A stretch of 64,000 bases of DNA from Bacteroidia bacterium. Its GTDB lineage: Bacteria; Bacteroidota; Bacteroidia; 2-12-FULL-35-15. Below the pieces are notes generated by a model. That model worked only from the letters and a program-made list of their open reading frames with translations, ran no database searches and was not told the DNA's origin. Both the position numbers and the translations under genes were made by a program. This document shows positions 29,318 through 38,314 of this stretch, in pieces; the stretch's first letter is position 1, and every line of letters begins with the position of its first letter. The stretch is taken from NCBI GenBank assembly GCA_030654175.1, contig JAURXZ010000030.1:588502-652501 (forward strand), read 5' to 3'.

Positions 29318-30634
29318 TTGTTGCTTATATACACACATAAAATAACACCACGTAACAAGTATATTTTTAATTTGATTTTTAAAAATATGCTTGGCATCGA
29401 CTTTAAACTAACCATCGATGCCGGGTTTTTCAAAAAACATGAAGGGCCCAAACTAAGCTACACTAATGCCCCCCTGGAGGAGGAGTTGTTTTTTACTTCA
29501 CGCGGTTTATTATTTGAAACAGGTATTGCCGAACAGCACATTTCAGTTTTCGACCACAACAGCAATAAAGTATTTTTTGCAACCGGCAAAGCTTCGGCCC
29601 TGCCTTTTGATGTGTTTGCCGCAAGCTTTTATTTAGTGAGCCGTTACGAAGAATATTTACCTCACATACGTGATGTTCACGATCGTTTCTCGGCAGAAGA
29701 CAGTCTCGCTTTTACGAATGGCTTTTTGCAAAAACCGGTTGTAAACATATGGACACAATGGATCAGAGATCTGATTCAAAAAAAATACCCTACACTGATC
29801 TTCAACGAAAAAAAATACGAATTCATTTCCACTATTGACATTGATAACGCCTATGCTTTCCGCGAAAAAGGCTTTACCAGGAGCGTTGGGGGTTATTTAA
29901 AATCTGCGATCAAATTAGATGTTGCTGAAATTATGGATCGTACCCGTGTATTACTTGGCTTAAAAAAAGATCCTTACGATACTTACGAATTCCAACTTGA
30001 AATGATCAAGAAGTATAAATTCAAGAGCATTTATTTTTTTCTGTTGGGAGATTATGGAGTGAATGATAAAAACTTACCCATCGAAAGCAAAAAATTCCAA
30101 TCCCTCATCAAGATGCTTGATGATTATGCGCAAATAGCTATTCATCCATCTTACGGATCAAACAAAAGCAAAGAACAATTAAAAAAGGAAGTGGAACGTT
30201 TATCAAAAGTGGTCCACCGTGAAATAACAAAAAGCCGACAACACTTTTTAAAATTAACATTACCTGAAACATACCGCAACTTAATTGATCTGGATATCAC
30301 AGATGATTATACAATGGGCTTTGCATCACAAGTAGGTTTTAGAGCAAGTATCTGTAGTCCATTCAATTTTTACGATCTGGATATGGAATTGGAAACCAAC
30401 TTAAAAATTCATCCTTTTGCAGTGATGGAAGGCACCTTAAAATATTATATGAACGTGCACCGGGAAGATGCGATGCAAAAAATAAAACCGTTGATCGATG
30501 AAGTGAAAGCGGTAAATGGAGAGTTTATTAGTCTTTGGCATAACGACACGCTGAGTAATCAAAAATTATGGTTAGGTTGGCAAGCCATTTATGAAGATAT
30601 GGTGAAGTATGCCGTTGAAACGAGAAATAATTAA
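29318..30634 (+). CDS. Polysaccharide deacetylase-like family protein (N-terminal YTHKITPR-type domain)
   Basis: N-terminus MLLIYTHKITPRNKYIFNLIF resembles the conserved start of a Bacteroidota deacetylase-like family. TIDIDNAYAF is a NodB-like signature. TTG start preceded by GGAGG. Confidence 0.5.
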   Translation: MLLIYTHKITPRNKYIFNLIFKNMLGIDFKLTIDAGFFKKHEGPKLSYTNAPLEEELFFTSRGLLFETGIAEQHISVFDHNSNKVFFATGKASALPFDVFAASFYLVSRYEEYLPHIRDVHDRFSAEDSLAFTNGFLQKPVVNIWTQWIRDLIQKKYPTLIFNEKKYEFISTIDIDNAYAFREKGFTRSVGGYLKSAIKLDVAEIMDRTRVLLGLKKDPYDTYEFQLEMIKKYKFKSIYFFLLGDYGVNDKNLPIESKKFQSLIKMLDDYAQIAIHPSYGSNKSKEQLKKEVERLSKVVHREITKSRQHFLKLTLPETYRNLIDLDITDDYTMGFASQVGFRASICSPFNFYDLDMELETNLKIHPFAVMEGTLKYYMNVHREDAMQKIKPLIDEVKAVNGEFISLWHNDTLSNQKLWLGWQAIYEDMVKYAVETRNN

Positions 30635-30794
30635 ACAATTATACAGTTTTGCAGTTGGCAATTTAACACCAATAATAATTTTATATTTTTATAATTAAAC
30701 AGTAACAAATTAAACAACCAACATTCATGAAAAATGAATTAATATTTTCAAATTGCCTACTGCAAAATTTCAAAATTGTTCAATTGTCTACACT

Positions 30795-31688
30795 ATGCTA
30801 AAACAATTTGCTTTAAAATATTTTCCGAATTTTCTTTTAGAATGGGCAAAGCAACTGAAAAAAAATCAGCGTAGGAAACAGTTGCAGCAACAACAAGAAA
30901 ATAAATCGGGAATTTCTAAACAAAGATTGATCGAGGATCTTAAAAAGATAGGATTGAAGAATGGTGACTCCGTTTTAGTACATAGCAGTTTGAGTAAAAT
31001 TGGCTTTGTGGATGGAGGACCAAAAACTGTTGTGGATAGTTTATTTGAAGTGATAGGAGAAACCGGAACACTACTTTTCCCAGCCTTCCCTGTAATTGGA
31101 AGAGCGAAGATGCACTTAGAAGAAAATCCTTATTTTAATATTAAAGAAGCACCATCACAAATGGGGAGCATCACTGAATATTTTAGAAAATTAAATAACG
31201 TTCACCGCAGTTTTCATCCTACAGATTCGATGTGCGCAAAAGGCCCACTGGCAGACTATTATACTAATTCGCATTTTGGACAGTTAACTCCTTATACAGA
31301 GAGCTCGCCATTCAGGAAGCTTTGCAGCAAAAAGGGGAAAATACTAATGCTGGGCACCACCTTAAATGGCGCCTGTACTAATTTGCATACCCTGGAAGAT
31401 GCGGTAGATTTTAAATATCCTGTTTATGATGAACGAATTTTTGAAGTAAAAATGATTGATATGGAAGGTAAAGAGTCGCTTATGAAAACCAAAGTCCACA
31501 ATCCTGATTACTCTGCTAAGCGCAATTGTGACGCCCTAAAACCAATGTTTGAACAAGAAGGTGTTATAACAAATGGCATAATTGGTGAAGCCAAAAGTAT
31601 GCTGATAGATGCGGATAAAATGTTGGAAGTGATGATAAAAAATTATAAAGAAAAAGGAGTTACAATGTATACTCCTTGGGGAAGTTGA
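30795..31688 (+). CDS. AAC(3)-family N-acetyltransferase (Antibiotic_NAT fold), probably sugar N-acetylation
   Basis: GDSVLVHSSLSKIGFVDGGPKTVVDSLFEVIGETGTLLFPAF matches the aminoglycoside 3-N-acetyltransferase family signature. The track start at 30753 is a TTG; the ATG at 30795 is preferred. Confidence 0.7.
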   Translation: MLKQFALKYFPNFLLEWAKQLKKNQRRKQLQQQQENKSGISKQRLIEDLKKIGLKNGDSVLVHSSLSKIGFVDGGPKTVVDSLFEVIGETGTLLFPAFPVIGRAKMHLEENPYFNIKEAPSQMGSITEYFRKLNNVHRSFHPTDSMCAKGPLADYYTNSHFGQLTPYTESSPFRKLCSKKGKILMLGTTLNGACTNLHTLEDAVDFKYPVYDERIFEVKMIDMEGKESLMKTKVHNPDYSAKRNCDALKPMFEQEGVITNGIIGEAKSMLIDADKMLEVMIKNYKEKGVTMYTPWGS

Positions 31689-31732
31689 TCTGAATATCAC
31701 TCTATGGATAATGTCAATTAGTTAAGGACCTC

Positions 31733-32722
31733 ATGAATATTTATATTACACTCGATTATGAAATTTACTTTGGTGAAAACCATGGTACAGTGGAGAAATG
31801 TATACTATACCCTACTTCTGAATTGATCCGTATTGCCGAAAAACATAATGTCCGGTTTTGCTTTTTTGTTGACTGTGGATTTGTTTTAAAGTTGGATGAA
31901 TTTCGAAAAAAATTTCCTCAACTTGAAAAGGATTACAAGGCAATTACTGAACAAATAAAATATTTATATGATACAGGGCATGATATACAATTGCACATCC
32001 ATCCGCATTGGGAAGACAGCTATTATAATGGAGAACGCTGGATCATTGACGTGAAACGTTATAAATTAGTTGACTTTAATGAGACCGAAATTGCTGACAT
32101 TGTTTATCGGTATAAAAAAGTGTTAACTGATCTGACAGGAAAACAGATTTTTGCATATCGTGCCGGAGGCTGGTGTTTGCAACCATTCAGTAAGCTAAAG
32201 AAGGCATTTAAACAAAATAATATTACATTGGATAGTAGTGTTTTCAGAAATGGATTTTACAGTTCAAAAAATTATAATTACGATTTCAGGGAAGCCCCAG
32301 ATAAAGATATTTACAGGTTTGAGGATGAACCGGAAAAAGAAAATGCAAATGGGTTTTTCACTGAATTGCCCATCAGCGGAATCAGAAATTCACCTTTGTT
32401 TTTTTGGAGATTGTTTTTGTTGGGAAGAAAAAACCCGTATTTACATAAACCGCTGGGTGATGGCAAAGCAATGGCAGCACCCGGCCAACGAAAAAAAATG
32501 CTGACACAATACACAAATTGTACCGTTAGCATAGATGGGTATAATGCTAATTTATTACAAAAAGCCTTGAAAAAATTGCAGAAAAAAAAGTTTGAACAAA
32601 TGGTGGTAATTGGCCACCCTAAAGCCTTGTCGCGATACTCGATCCAAAAACTAGAAGAATTTGTAGTTAAAAATAAAGAAATCAATACTTTTACGACTTT
32701 TACCCAACAGTTTAAAGTATAG
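31733..32722 (+). CDS. Polysaccharide deacetylase-like protein
   Basis: ITLDYEIYFGENHGT...HNVRFCFFVDCG...HDIQLHIHPHWED, a NodB-like arrangement of Asp and His motifs. Confidence 0.5.
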   Translation: MNIYITLDYEIYFGENHGTVEKCILYPTSELIRIAEKHNVRFCFFVDCGFVLKLDEFRKKFPQLEKDYKAITEQIKYLYDTGHDIQLHIHPHWEDSYYNGERWIIDVKRYKLVDFNETEIADIVYRYKKVLTDLTGKQIFAYRAGGWCLQPFSKLKKAFKQNNITLDSSVFRNGFYSSKNYNYDFREAPDKDIYRFEDEPEKENANGFFTELPISGIRNSPLFFWRLFLLGRKNPYLHKPLGDGKAMAAPGQRKKMLTQYTNCTVSIDGYNANLLQKALKKLQKKKFEQMVVIGHPKALSRYSIQKLEEFVVKNKEINTFTTFTQQFKV

Positions 32723-32740
32723 TGATCTGAAACATGAGAA

Positions 32741-33712
32741 ATGGACAATTGTTTGTTCTCAGACCTTATGTCTCAAATCACATATCTACCTATGATAAAA
32801 CACATTGAAAATAAAAATATCGATAAAAAAAAGTGGGATGCACTCATTGCCAAAAGTCCTGATTCCTGCATTTTTGTTTATTCCTGGTATTTAGATGTTG
32901 TTTGTGAAAATTGGTCAGCGCTTGTCTTAAATGATTACGAATCAGTATTTCCGCTCGCTTCAAAATCAAAATACAAGATCAACTATTTGTATCAACCGTT
33001 TTTTACTCGCTATTTTGGTGCGTTTTCAATAACGGAGCATACCAATAAATTAACCACGGCTTTTTTAAAAGCTATTCCCGAAAAATACAAATACATTGAA
33101 TTTTGTTTACACGAAACCAATGATTTTGATCTGTCCGGTTATTCAAAAACTGAGCGAAAATATCAATTATTGAATTTAAATGCTCCATATCAGGCATTAT
33201 ATAAAGGATATTCGGAAAATGCAAGGCGTAATATTAAAAAGGCCATTAAAGCCGGATTTGTCATAAAGCGTGATGTTGCCCCTGAAGTTGTGGTTGATCT
33301 TTTTAAATCTACAAAAGGACAAGAGCTTGAAGTATTCAAAGCAAAGGATTATGAAATATTGCTTGAATTAATGCGTTTATTAGTTAAGCAAAACAAAGCG
33401 GAAAGTTCGGCTGTATATGACAAAGAAGGTACACTGTCTGCCGCAGGTTTTTTTATGAAAAGCAACGATCGCTTTATTTTTTTAAAAAGCGGTGTTACGG
33501 ATCACGGTAAGGTGAATGGAGCCATGCATTATTTATTCGACACGTTTATTCAACAATATGCAGGCACAAAAAACAAACTCGATTTTGGAGGCTCATCAGT
33601 TGAAACAGTAGCTCGTTTTTATAAAAATTTTGGGGCAAAAGATTGCGTATATTTACAGCTGAAAAAAAACTCTTTATCACGCATTGTAAAGTGGATAAGT
33701 AAAAAGGCATAA
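32741..33712 (+). CDS. FemAB-like/GNAT-fold acyltransferase (Acetyltransf_6-like)
   Basis: Domain order and conserved blocks (WDALIAKSPDSCIFVYSWYLDVV...YLYQPFFTRYFG; C-terminal GNAT-like half) resemble FemAB/BioF2-like proteins. Confidence 0.5.
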   Translation: MDNCLFSDLMSQITYLPMIKHIENKNIDKKKWDALIAKSPDSCIFVYSWYLDVVCENWSALVLNDYESVFPLASKSKYKINYLYQPFFTRYFGAFSITEHTNKLTTAFLKAIPEKYKYIEFCLHETNDFDLSGYSKTERKYQLLNLNAPYQALYKGYSENARRNIKKAIKAGFVIKRDVAPEVVVDLFKSTKGQELEVFKAKDYEILLELMRLLVKQNKAESSAVYDKEGTLSAAGFFMKSNDRFIFLKSGVTDHGKVNGAMHYLFDTFIQQYAGTKNKLDFGGSSVETVARFYKNFGAKDCVYLQLKKNSLSRIVKWISKKA

Positions 33713-33775
33713 TTTGCTAATCAGTAGTTGATAATGGATAATTTATAACTTTAAATTAATAACTCATAATTTTTT

Positions 33776-34423
33776 ATGGTACACATTGTAGGAAGTCATA
33801 ATTCAGTTTTTAACCAGTATATCGCTGAAATAAGGGATGAAGTTATCCAGAAAGACAGTTTGCGTTTTCGCAAAAACATCGAGCGTATGGGTGAAATTAT
33901 GAGTTACGAGCTGAGTAAAACATTGACCTATGAAACACGTGAAGTAATTACTTCTCTTGGCATTGCTAATGTTTCGATGATAAAAGAGCAGCCTGTAATT
34001 GCAAGTATCTTACGTGCAGGATTGCCATTGCACCAAGGGGTTCTAAATTATTTCGACCGTGCCGAAAATGCTTTTATATCTGCATACCGCAAGCATCACA
34101 AAAACGGAACTTTTGATATTCAATTAGAATATCTTGCCAGCCCGGATCTTAATGATAAGGTATTAATATTATGCGACCCGATGCTTGCTACAGGATCTTC
34201 AATTGTGCTTACCTACAAAGCATTGCTGCTTCGCGGAAAACCAAGACACACCCATATTGTAACGCTTATCGCCAGTGCAGAAGGGGTTGAATATGCAAAG
34301 AAAAACCTTCCGGAAAATGTAACGATCTGGTGTGGTGCTGTTGATGAAGAATTAACCGCAAAATCATACATAGTGCCAGGCTTAGGCGATGCCGGTGATC
34401 TGGCTTATGGAACAAAAATGTAA
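33776..34423 (+). CDS. upp: Uracil phosphoribosyltransferase
   Basis: ILRAGLPL, PRPP-binding LILCDPMLATGSS, C-terminal YIVPGLGDAGD. Confidence 0.9.
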   Translation: MVHIVGSHNSVFNQYIAEIRDEVIQKDSLRFRKNIERMGEIMSYELSKTLTYETREVITSLGIANVSMIKEQPVIASILRAGLPLHQGVLNYFDRAENAFISAYRKHHKNGTFDIQLEYLASPDLNDKVLILCDPMLATGSSIVLTYKALLLRGKPRHTHIVTLIASAEGVEYAKKNLPENVTIWCGAVDEELTAKSYIVPGLGDAGDLAYGTKM

Positions 34424-34430
34424 TCTAATA

Positions 34431-34530
34431 AATAGATTTGAGATAAGAGTATTGAGATATGAAGAACCACCGAAATTGATCCATAAAGGCGTGTCTCTCT
34501 TATCTCAATACTAAAGCCTCACATCTCAAA
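34431..34530. repeat. Structured intergenic repeat (family B): long imperfect palindrome with a perfect 12-bp inverted repeat TTGAGATAAGAG/CTCTTATCTCAA; shares the AGATTTGAGATA motif with 55970-56056
   Basis: Inverted-repeat arms at 34438-34449 and 34497-34508. The GAGAT/ATCTC motif is reiterated. Confidence 0.55.
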
Positions 34531-34541
34531 ACTAAAATTTA

Positions 34542-34994
34542 ATGGGATCATTGTTGGAAATATTATCTGTTTTTTTGATGAGTACCGTTAAATTTGTTTT
34601 CGGAGGAGTTCCGCTTGCATTGGGCTTAGGGTTTTCATTTTTCCAGGCTGTTACGGTTACTTCCTTAGGAGGATTTGTAGGTGTTGCCGTTTTTGTAAAT
34701 ACCAGCGACAAGCTTATTGCATACTTAAAAAAACGCAAAATCCTCAAACAACTTGAGAACCCGAATCAGATTCGAAAAAAATCATTTACCCGAACAAATA
34801 AGATCATTATTATTGTGAAGCAACGCTTTGGTTTATTGGGCATTTCCTTATTAACACCATTACTGCTTTCTATTCCTATCGGTTGTTTTTTAGCCGTTCG
34901 TTATTTTAACGACAAACAAAAAATCCTGTTTTATATGTTTGGCTCTATTCTCTTCTGGTCTGTTTCGATCTCCTCTTTTAAACTGCTTTTTTAG
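34542..34994 (+). CDS. Small integral membrane protein (hypothetical)
   Basis: Four predicted TM segments, no recognised motif. The stop overlaps the next start (TAGTGA). Confidence 0.5.
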   Translation: MGSLLEILSVFLMSTVKFVFGGVPLALGLGFSFFQAVTVTSLGGFVGVAVFVNTSDKLIAYLKKRKILKQLENPNQIRKKSFTRTNKIIIIVKQRFGLLGISLLTPLLLSIPIGCFLAVRYFNDKQKILFYMFGSILFWSVSISSFKLLF

Positions 34995-35689
34995 TGAACG
35001 ATTACAAACACATCTTTTTTGATCTGGACCAAACACTTTGGGACTTTGAAACCAACTCCCGCGAAGCCCTGATAGAGCTTGCACACAAGTATAAATTATC
35101 CGAAAAAGGAATCGATTCAATCGATGAATTCATTGCTCACTACATTCATATTAATAAACGAATGTGGGATGAATACGGTAAAGGAGTGATTGATAAAAAC
35201 ACCTTGCGTTATGATCGTTTTCATGAAGCTCTGAGTAAATATGATATTACAGATAGAGCACTTAGTAAAAGTATTGCAAATGATTATATAACTATTTCCC
35301 CCTTAAAAACCAATATGTTCCCTCACTCCATCGAGGTTTTAAAATATTTAAGTGAAAAATATTCTCTTCATATAATCACTAATGGTTTTGAAGAAGTGCA
35401 GCATATTAAAATTAAAAATTGTGGTATTCAACAGTATTTCGACCAGATAATAACTTCTGAACGGGCTGGTTTTAAAAAACCGGATATTCGTATTTTTCAA
35501 TATTCAATGGATGTGGTTGATGCCAGTGCACTTACAAGTTTAATGATCGGTGATAGTTTAGAGGCCGATATTATTGGTGCCCGGGGAGCCGGCCTTCATC
35601 AGGTATATTTTAATCCTGCTGGAAATATACATGAAGAAGATATTACGTACGAAATTAAAAATCTCAGAGAGTTAATTGATCTATTATAA
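34994..35689 (+). CDS. HAD-superfamily hydrolase (subfamily IA; YjjG-like nucleotidase)
   Basis: Motif I FFDLDQTLWDF, motif IV MIGDSLEADIIGA. GTG start. Confidence 0.8.
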   Translation: MNDYKHIFFDLDQTLWDFETNSREALIELAHKYKLSEKGIDSIDEFIAHYIHINKRMWDEYGKGVIDKNTLRYDRFHEALSKYDITDRALSKSIANDYITISPLKTNMFPHSIEVLKYLSEKYSLHIITNGFEEVQHIKIKNCGIQQYFDQIITSERAGFKKPDIRIFQYSMDVVDASALTSLMIGDSLEADIIGARGAGLHQVYFNPAGNIHEEDITYEIKNLRELIDLL

Positions 35690-35809
35690 AATGGGGCTTC
35701 GAAAGAACTTAATTGATAAATGATTGATTTATTAATAACATCACATCGATTTAATAAAATATAAAATTAAACCGCGAAGGGAACATTTCCCCTCACTGAC
35801 AGAACAAAA

Positions 35810-35856
35810 AGAACGGCTCAAATGTATTTCATGCATTTGAGCCGCTCTTTTTATAC
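35810..35856 (+). terminator. Intrinsic terminator after the HAD gene (GAACGGCTCAAATG-tatttcatg-CATTTGAGCCGCTC followed by TTTTT)
   Basis: 14-bp stem with one mismatch, followed by a U-run. Confidence 0.75.
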
Positions 35857-36051
35857 CGGCCACAAGAAATTATATATCTATTTGAGCATTAAAATATCAG
35901 CAGGCAAACAACAATATCCATAAAATGTATCTAAATTTGTATTTGTAAAAACGAATCGAAAAAATTGAGAAGGCCCTCAATATGTTTTTTAAATATTTAT
36001 CAATAAAAATGAATGTAAAAGGCCTATTCATACAAAACAAAATTCAATAAA

Positions 36052-37176
36052 ATGATGACAGATAATCTATTAAAACGAGCATTGAATTTTGAATTTTTAT
36101 CCGTTGAGGAAGGTGTGTTTTTATTTAAAAATGCTCCAACAGCAGATCTGATCTTTGTTGCCAACGAATTAAGAAAAATTCAAAAGCCCGATGGAAAAGT
36201 TACCTGGCAGATCGACCGCAATGTAAATACAACCAATGTATGTATTGCAAACTGTAAGTTTTGTAATTTTTACCGCATCCCAGGGCACAAAGAAGCATAT
36301 ATCACCGACATTGAAACGTACAAGAAAAAAATTGAAGAGACCTTTCATTTTGGTGGCGACCAATTACTTTTACAAGGAGGCCATCACCCGGGTTTAGGTT
36401 TAAAATATTATGTTGACCTGTTTAAAGAATTAAAAAGTTTATACCCACAATTAAAACTTCATACACTTGGTCCCCCGGAAGTGGCACACATTACCAAACT
36501 TGAAAAATCAACCCATACTGAAGTATTGAAAGCATTGAAAGATGCAGGGATGGACAGTATGCCGGGAGCCGGTGCCGAAATTTTAAATGATCGTGTTCGC
36601 AGGTTAATTTCAAAAGGGAAATGTACAGGCCGGGAATGGTTGGATGTGATGCGTGCAGCACATCAATTGGATATTACCACTTCGGCTACAATGATGTTCG
36701 GACATATCGAAACCATAGAAGAACGCTTTGAACACCTCGTATTGATCCGTGAAGTGCAGAGTGAAAAACCAAAAAACACAAATGGCTTTTTAGCCTTTAT
36801 TCCATGGCCTTTTCAGGATGACGGAACATTATTAAAACGTCATAAAGGCATTACCAATAATGTTACAGGAGATGAATATATCCGGATGGTAGCCATGAGT
36901 CGCATCATGTTGCCTAATGTTATTAACATACAGGCCAGCTGGTTAACAGTTGGTAAAGATGTTGCTACACTTTGTTTACATGCTGGAGCAAATGATTTTG
37001 GAAGTATAATGATTGAAGAAAATGTTGTATCTGCTGCCGGAGCACCGCACCGGTTTACAGCTAAAGGAATACAGGAAGCCATTCTGGAAGCAGGCTTTGA
37101 ACCGCAGTTACGCACTCAAAAATACGACTACCGTGAACTACCTGCTGATATGGTGGAACAGGTGATTAATTATTAA
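36052..37176 (+). CDS. Radical SAM enzyme of the futalosine menaquinone pathway (MqnC/MqnE family)
   Basis: CIANCKFCNF (CxxxCxxC) radical SAM cluster motif. Overall MqnC/MqnE-like length and architecture. I cannot tell MqnC from MqnE by eye. Confidence 0.7.
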   Translation: MMTDNLLKRALNFEFLSVEEGVFLFKNAPTADLIFVANELRKIQKPDGKVTWQIDRNVNTTNVCIANCKFCNFYRIPGHKEAYITDIETYKKKIEETFHFGGDQLLLQGGHHPGLGLKYYVDLFKELKSLYPQLKLHTLGPPEVAHITKLEKSTHTEVLKALKDAGMDSMPGAGAEILNDRVRRLISKGKCTGREWLDVMRAAHQLDITTSATMMFGHIETIEERFEHLVLIREVQSEKPKNTNGFLAFIPWPFQDDGTLLKRHKGITNNVTGDEYIRMVAMSRIMLPNVINIQASWLTVGKDVATLCLHAGANDFGSIMIEENVVSAAGAPHRFTAKGIQEAILEAGFEPQLRTQKYDYRELPADMVEQVINY

Positions 37177-37213
37177 TTTTTTTTCTTTTGAATTTAATTT
37201 TAAATGCTCGAAA

Positions 37214-37327
37214 AATAATTTAATTCAATGGGGCGTTCCTTTCTTAAACAAGAAAGGCCGGGCTTTTCTCTTCAATCTTCCCTTCCAAGTATGGAAGGGA
37301 AGGATTTTCGCTGCAATCCCTAACGCG
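37214..37327 (+). ncRNA. Structured intergenic repeat (family A, copy 1): conserved flanks with two hairpins
   Basis: AATAATTTAATTCAATGGGGCGTTCC, then hairpin CCTTTCTT-aaac-AAGAAAGG, then GCCGGGCTTTTCTCTTCAATC, then hairpin CTTCCCTTCC-aagtat-GGAAGGGAAG, then GATTTTCGCTGCAATCCCTAACGC. Homologous to 60375-60479, where the stems carry compensatory changes. Confidence 0.55.
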
Positions 37328-37363
37328 GCATTCTGGTTCGAAGAACAGATTAATCTTCCTGTA

Positions 37364-38125
37364 TTAAATCTCAATTTTCAAACCATCATAAGCGAGTTCA
37401 ATATTGGCAGGTAACTCTTTTTGAACCTCTTCGTGCAAGCCCAATTGATGGCTGATATGAGTAAAATATGCTCGTTCGGGTTTTATCTCTTCAACTAATT
37501 CAATGGCTTCTTTCAAAGTATAATGTGATATATGGGGCTCTCTTCGCAATGCATTTAACACAAGGATCTTTGTCCCCTTTATTTTTTCTTTTTCAACATC
37601 CGAAATATAATTCGCATCGGTTATGTAAGTAAAATCATTTATTCTAAAACCAAATACAGGCAATTTATAATGCATTACTTCTATTGGTAAAAAATCAACT
37701 CCTTCAATATTTGTTAATTTGTTTTCTAATAAATGTAAATTAATTTCCGGTATTCCCGGATACTTGAAATCGCTGAAAATATATGCAAACTCTCTTCTGA
37801 TCGCTTCCTGAACACGGGCGGATGCATACACATCCATTTTTTTGTTGTTTATAAAGTTAAATGCACGAATATCATCGAAGCCGGCTGTGTGATCTTTGTG
37901 TTCATGGGTAAAAATTACCGCATCCATATTTTTAACATTTTCGCGTAACATTTGCTGACGAAAATCAGGACCGGTATCAATTATAAATGTTTTCCCTTTT
38001 TCTTCGATCAAAACAGATGTACGCAAGCGCTTGTCTCTTGCATCGGTTGATTGACAAATATTGCAAGTGCAAGCAATGAGAGGCACGCCTTGTGAAGTTC
38101 CTGTTCCTAAAAATGTTATTTTCAC
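37364..38125 (-). CDS. MBL-fold metallo-hydrolase
   Basis: THEHKDH motif and MKITFLGTGTSQGVP N-terminus typical of PhnP/RNase Z-like MBL proteins. GTG start. Confidence 0.75.
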   Translation of the reverse strand: MKITFLGTGTSQGVPLIACTCNICQSTDARDKRLRTSVLIEEKGKTFIIDTGPDFRQQMLRENVKNMDAVIFTHEHKDHTAGFDDIRAFNFINNKKMDVYASARVQEAIRREFAYIFSDFKYPGIPEINLHLLENKLTNIEGVDFLPIEVMHYKLPVFGFRINDFTYITDANYISDVEKEKIKGTKILVLNALRREPHISHYTLKEAIELVEEIKPERAYFTHISHQLGLHEEVQKELPANIELAYDGLKIEI

Positions 38126-38314
38126 AATAGATACGAATTAAAAAAAAACAATTTGACAACTTAAACAGTCGGCAATTTAATAACGGACTATGTCAAATGA
38201 TTTATCAAATAACAATATAAAATCAATTTGACACTGAAAGAAATTTGAATAAACAATAAACTATAAATTTTTATACCTGAAAACCTTAAACATTAAACTT
38301 GAAATATTTTTTTG

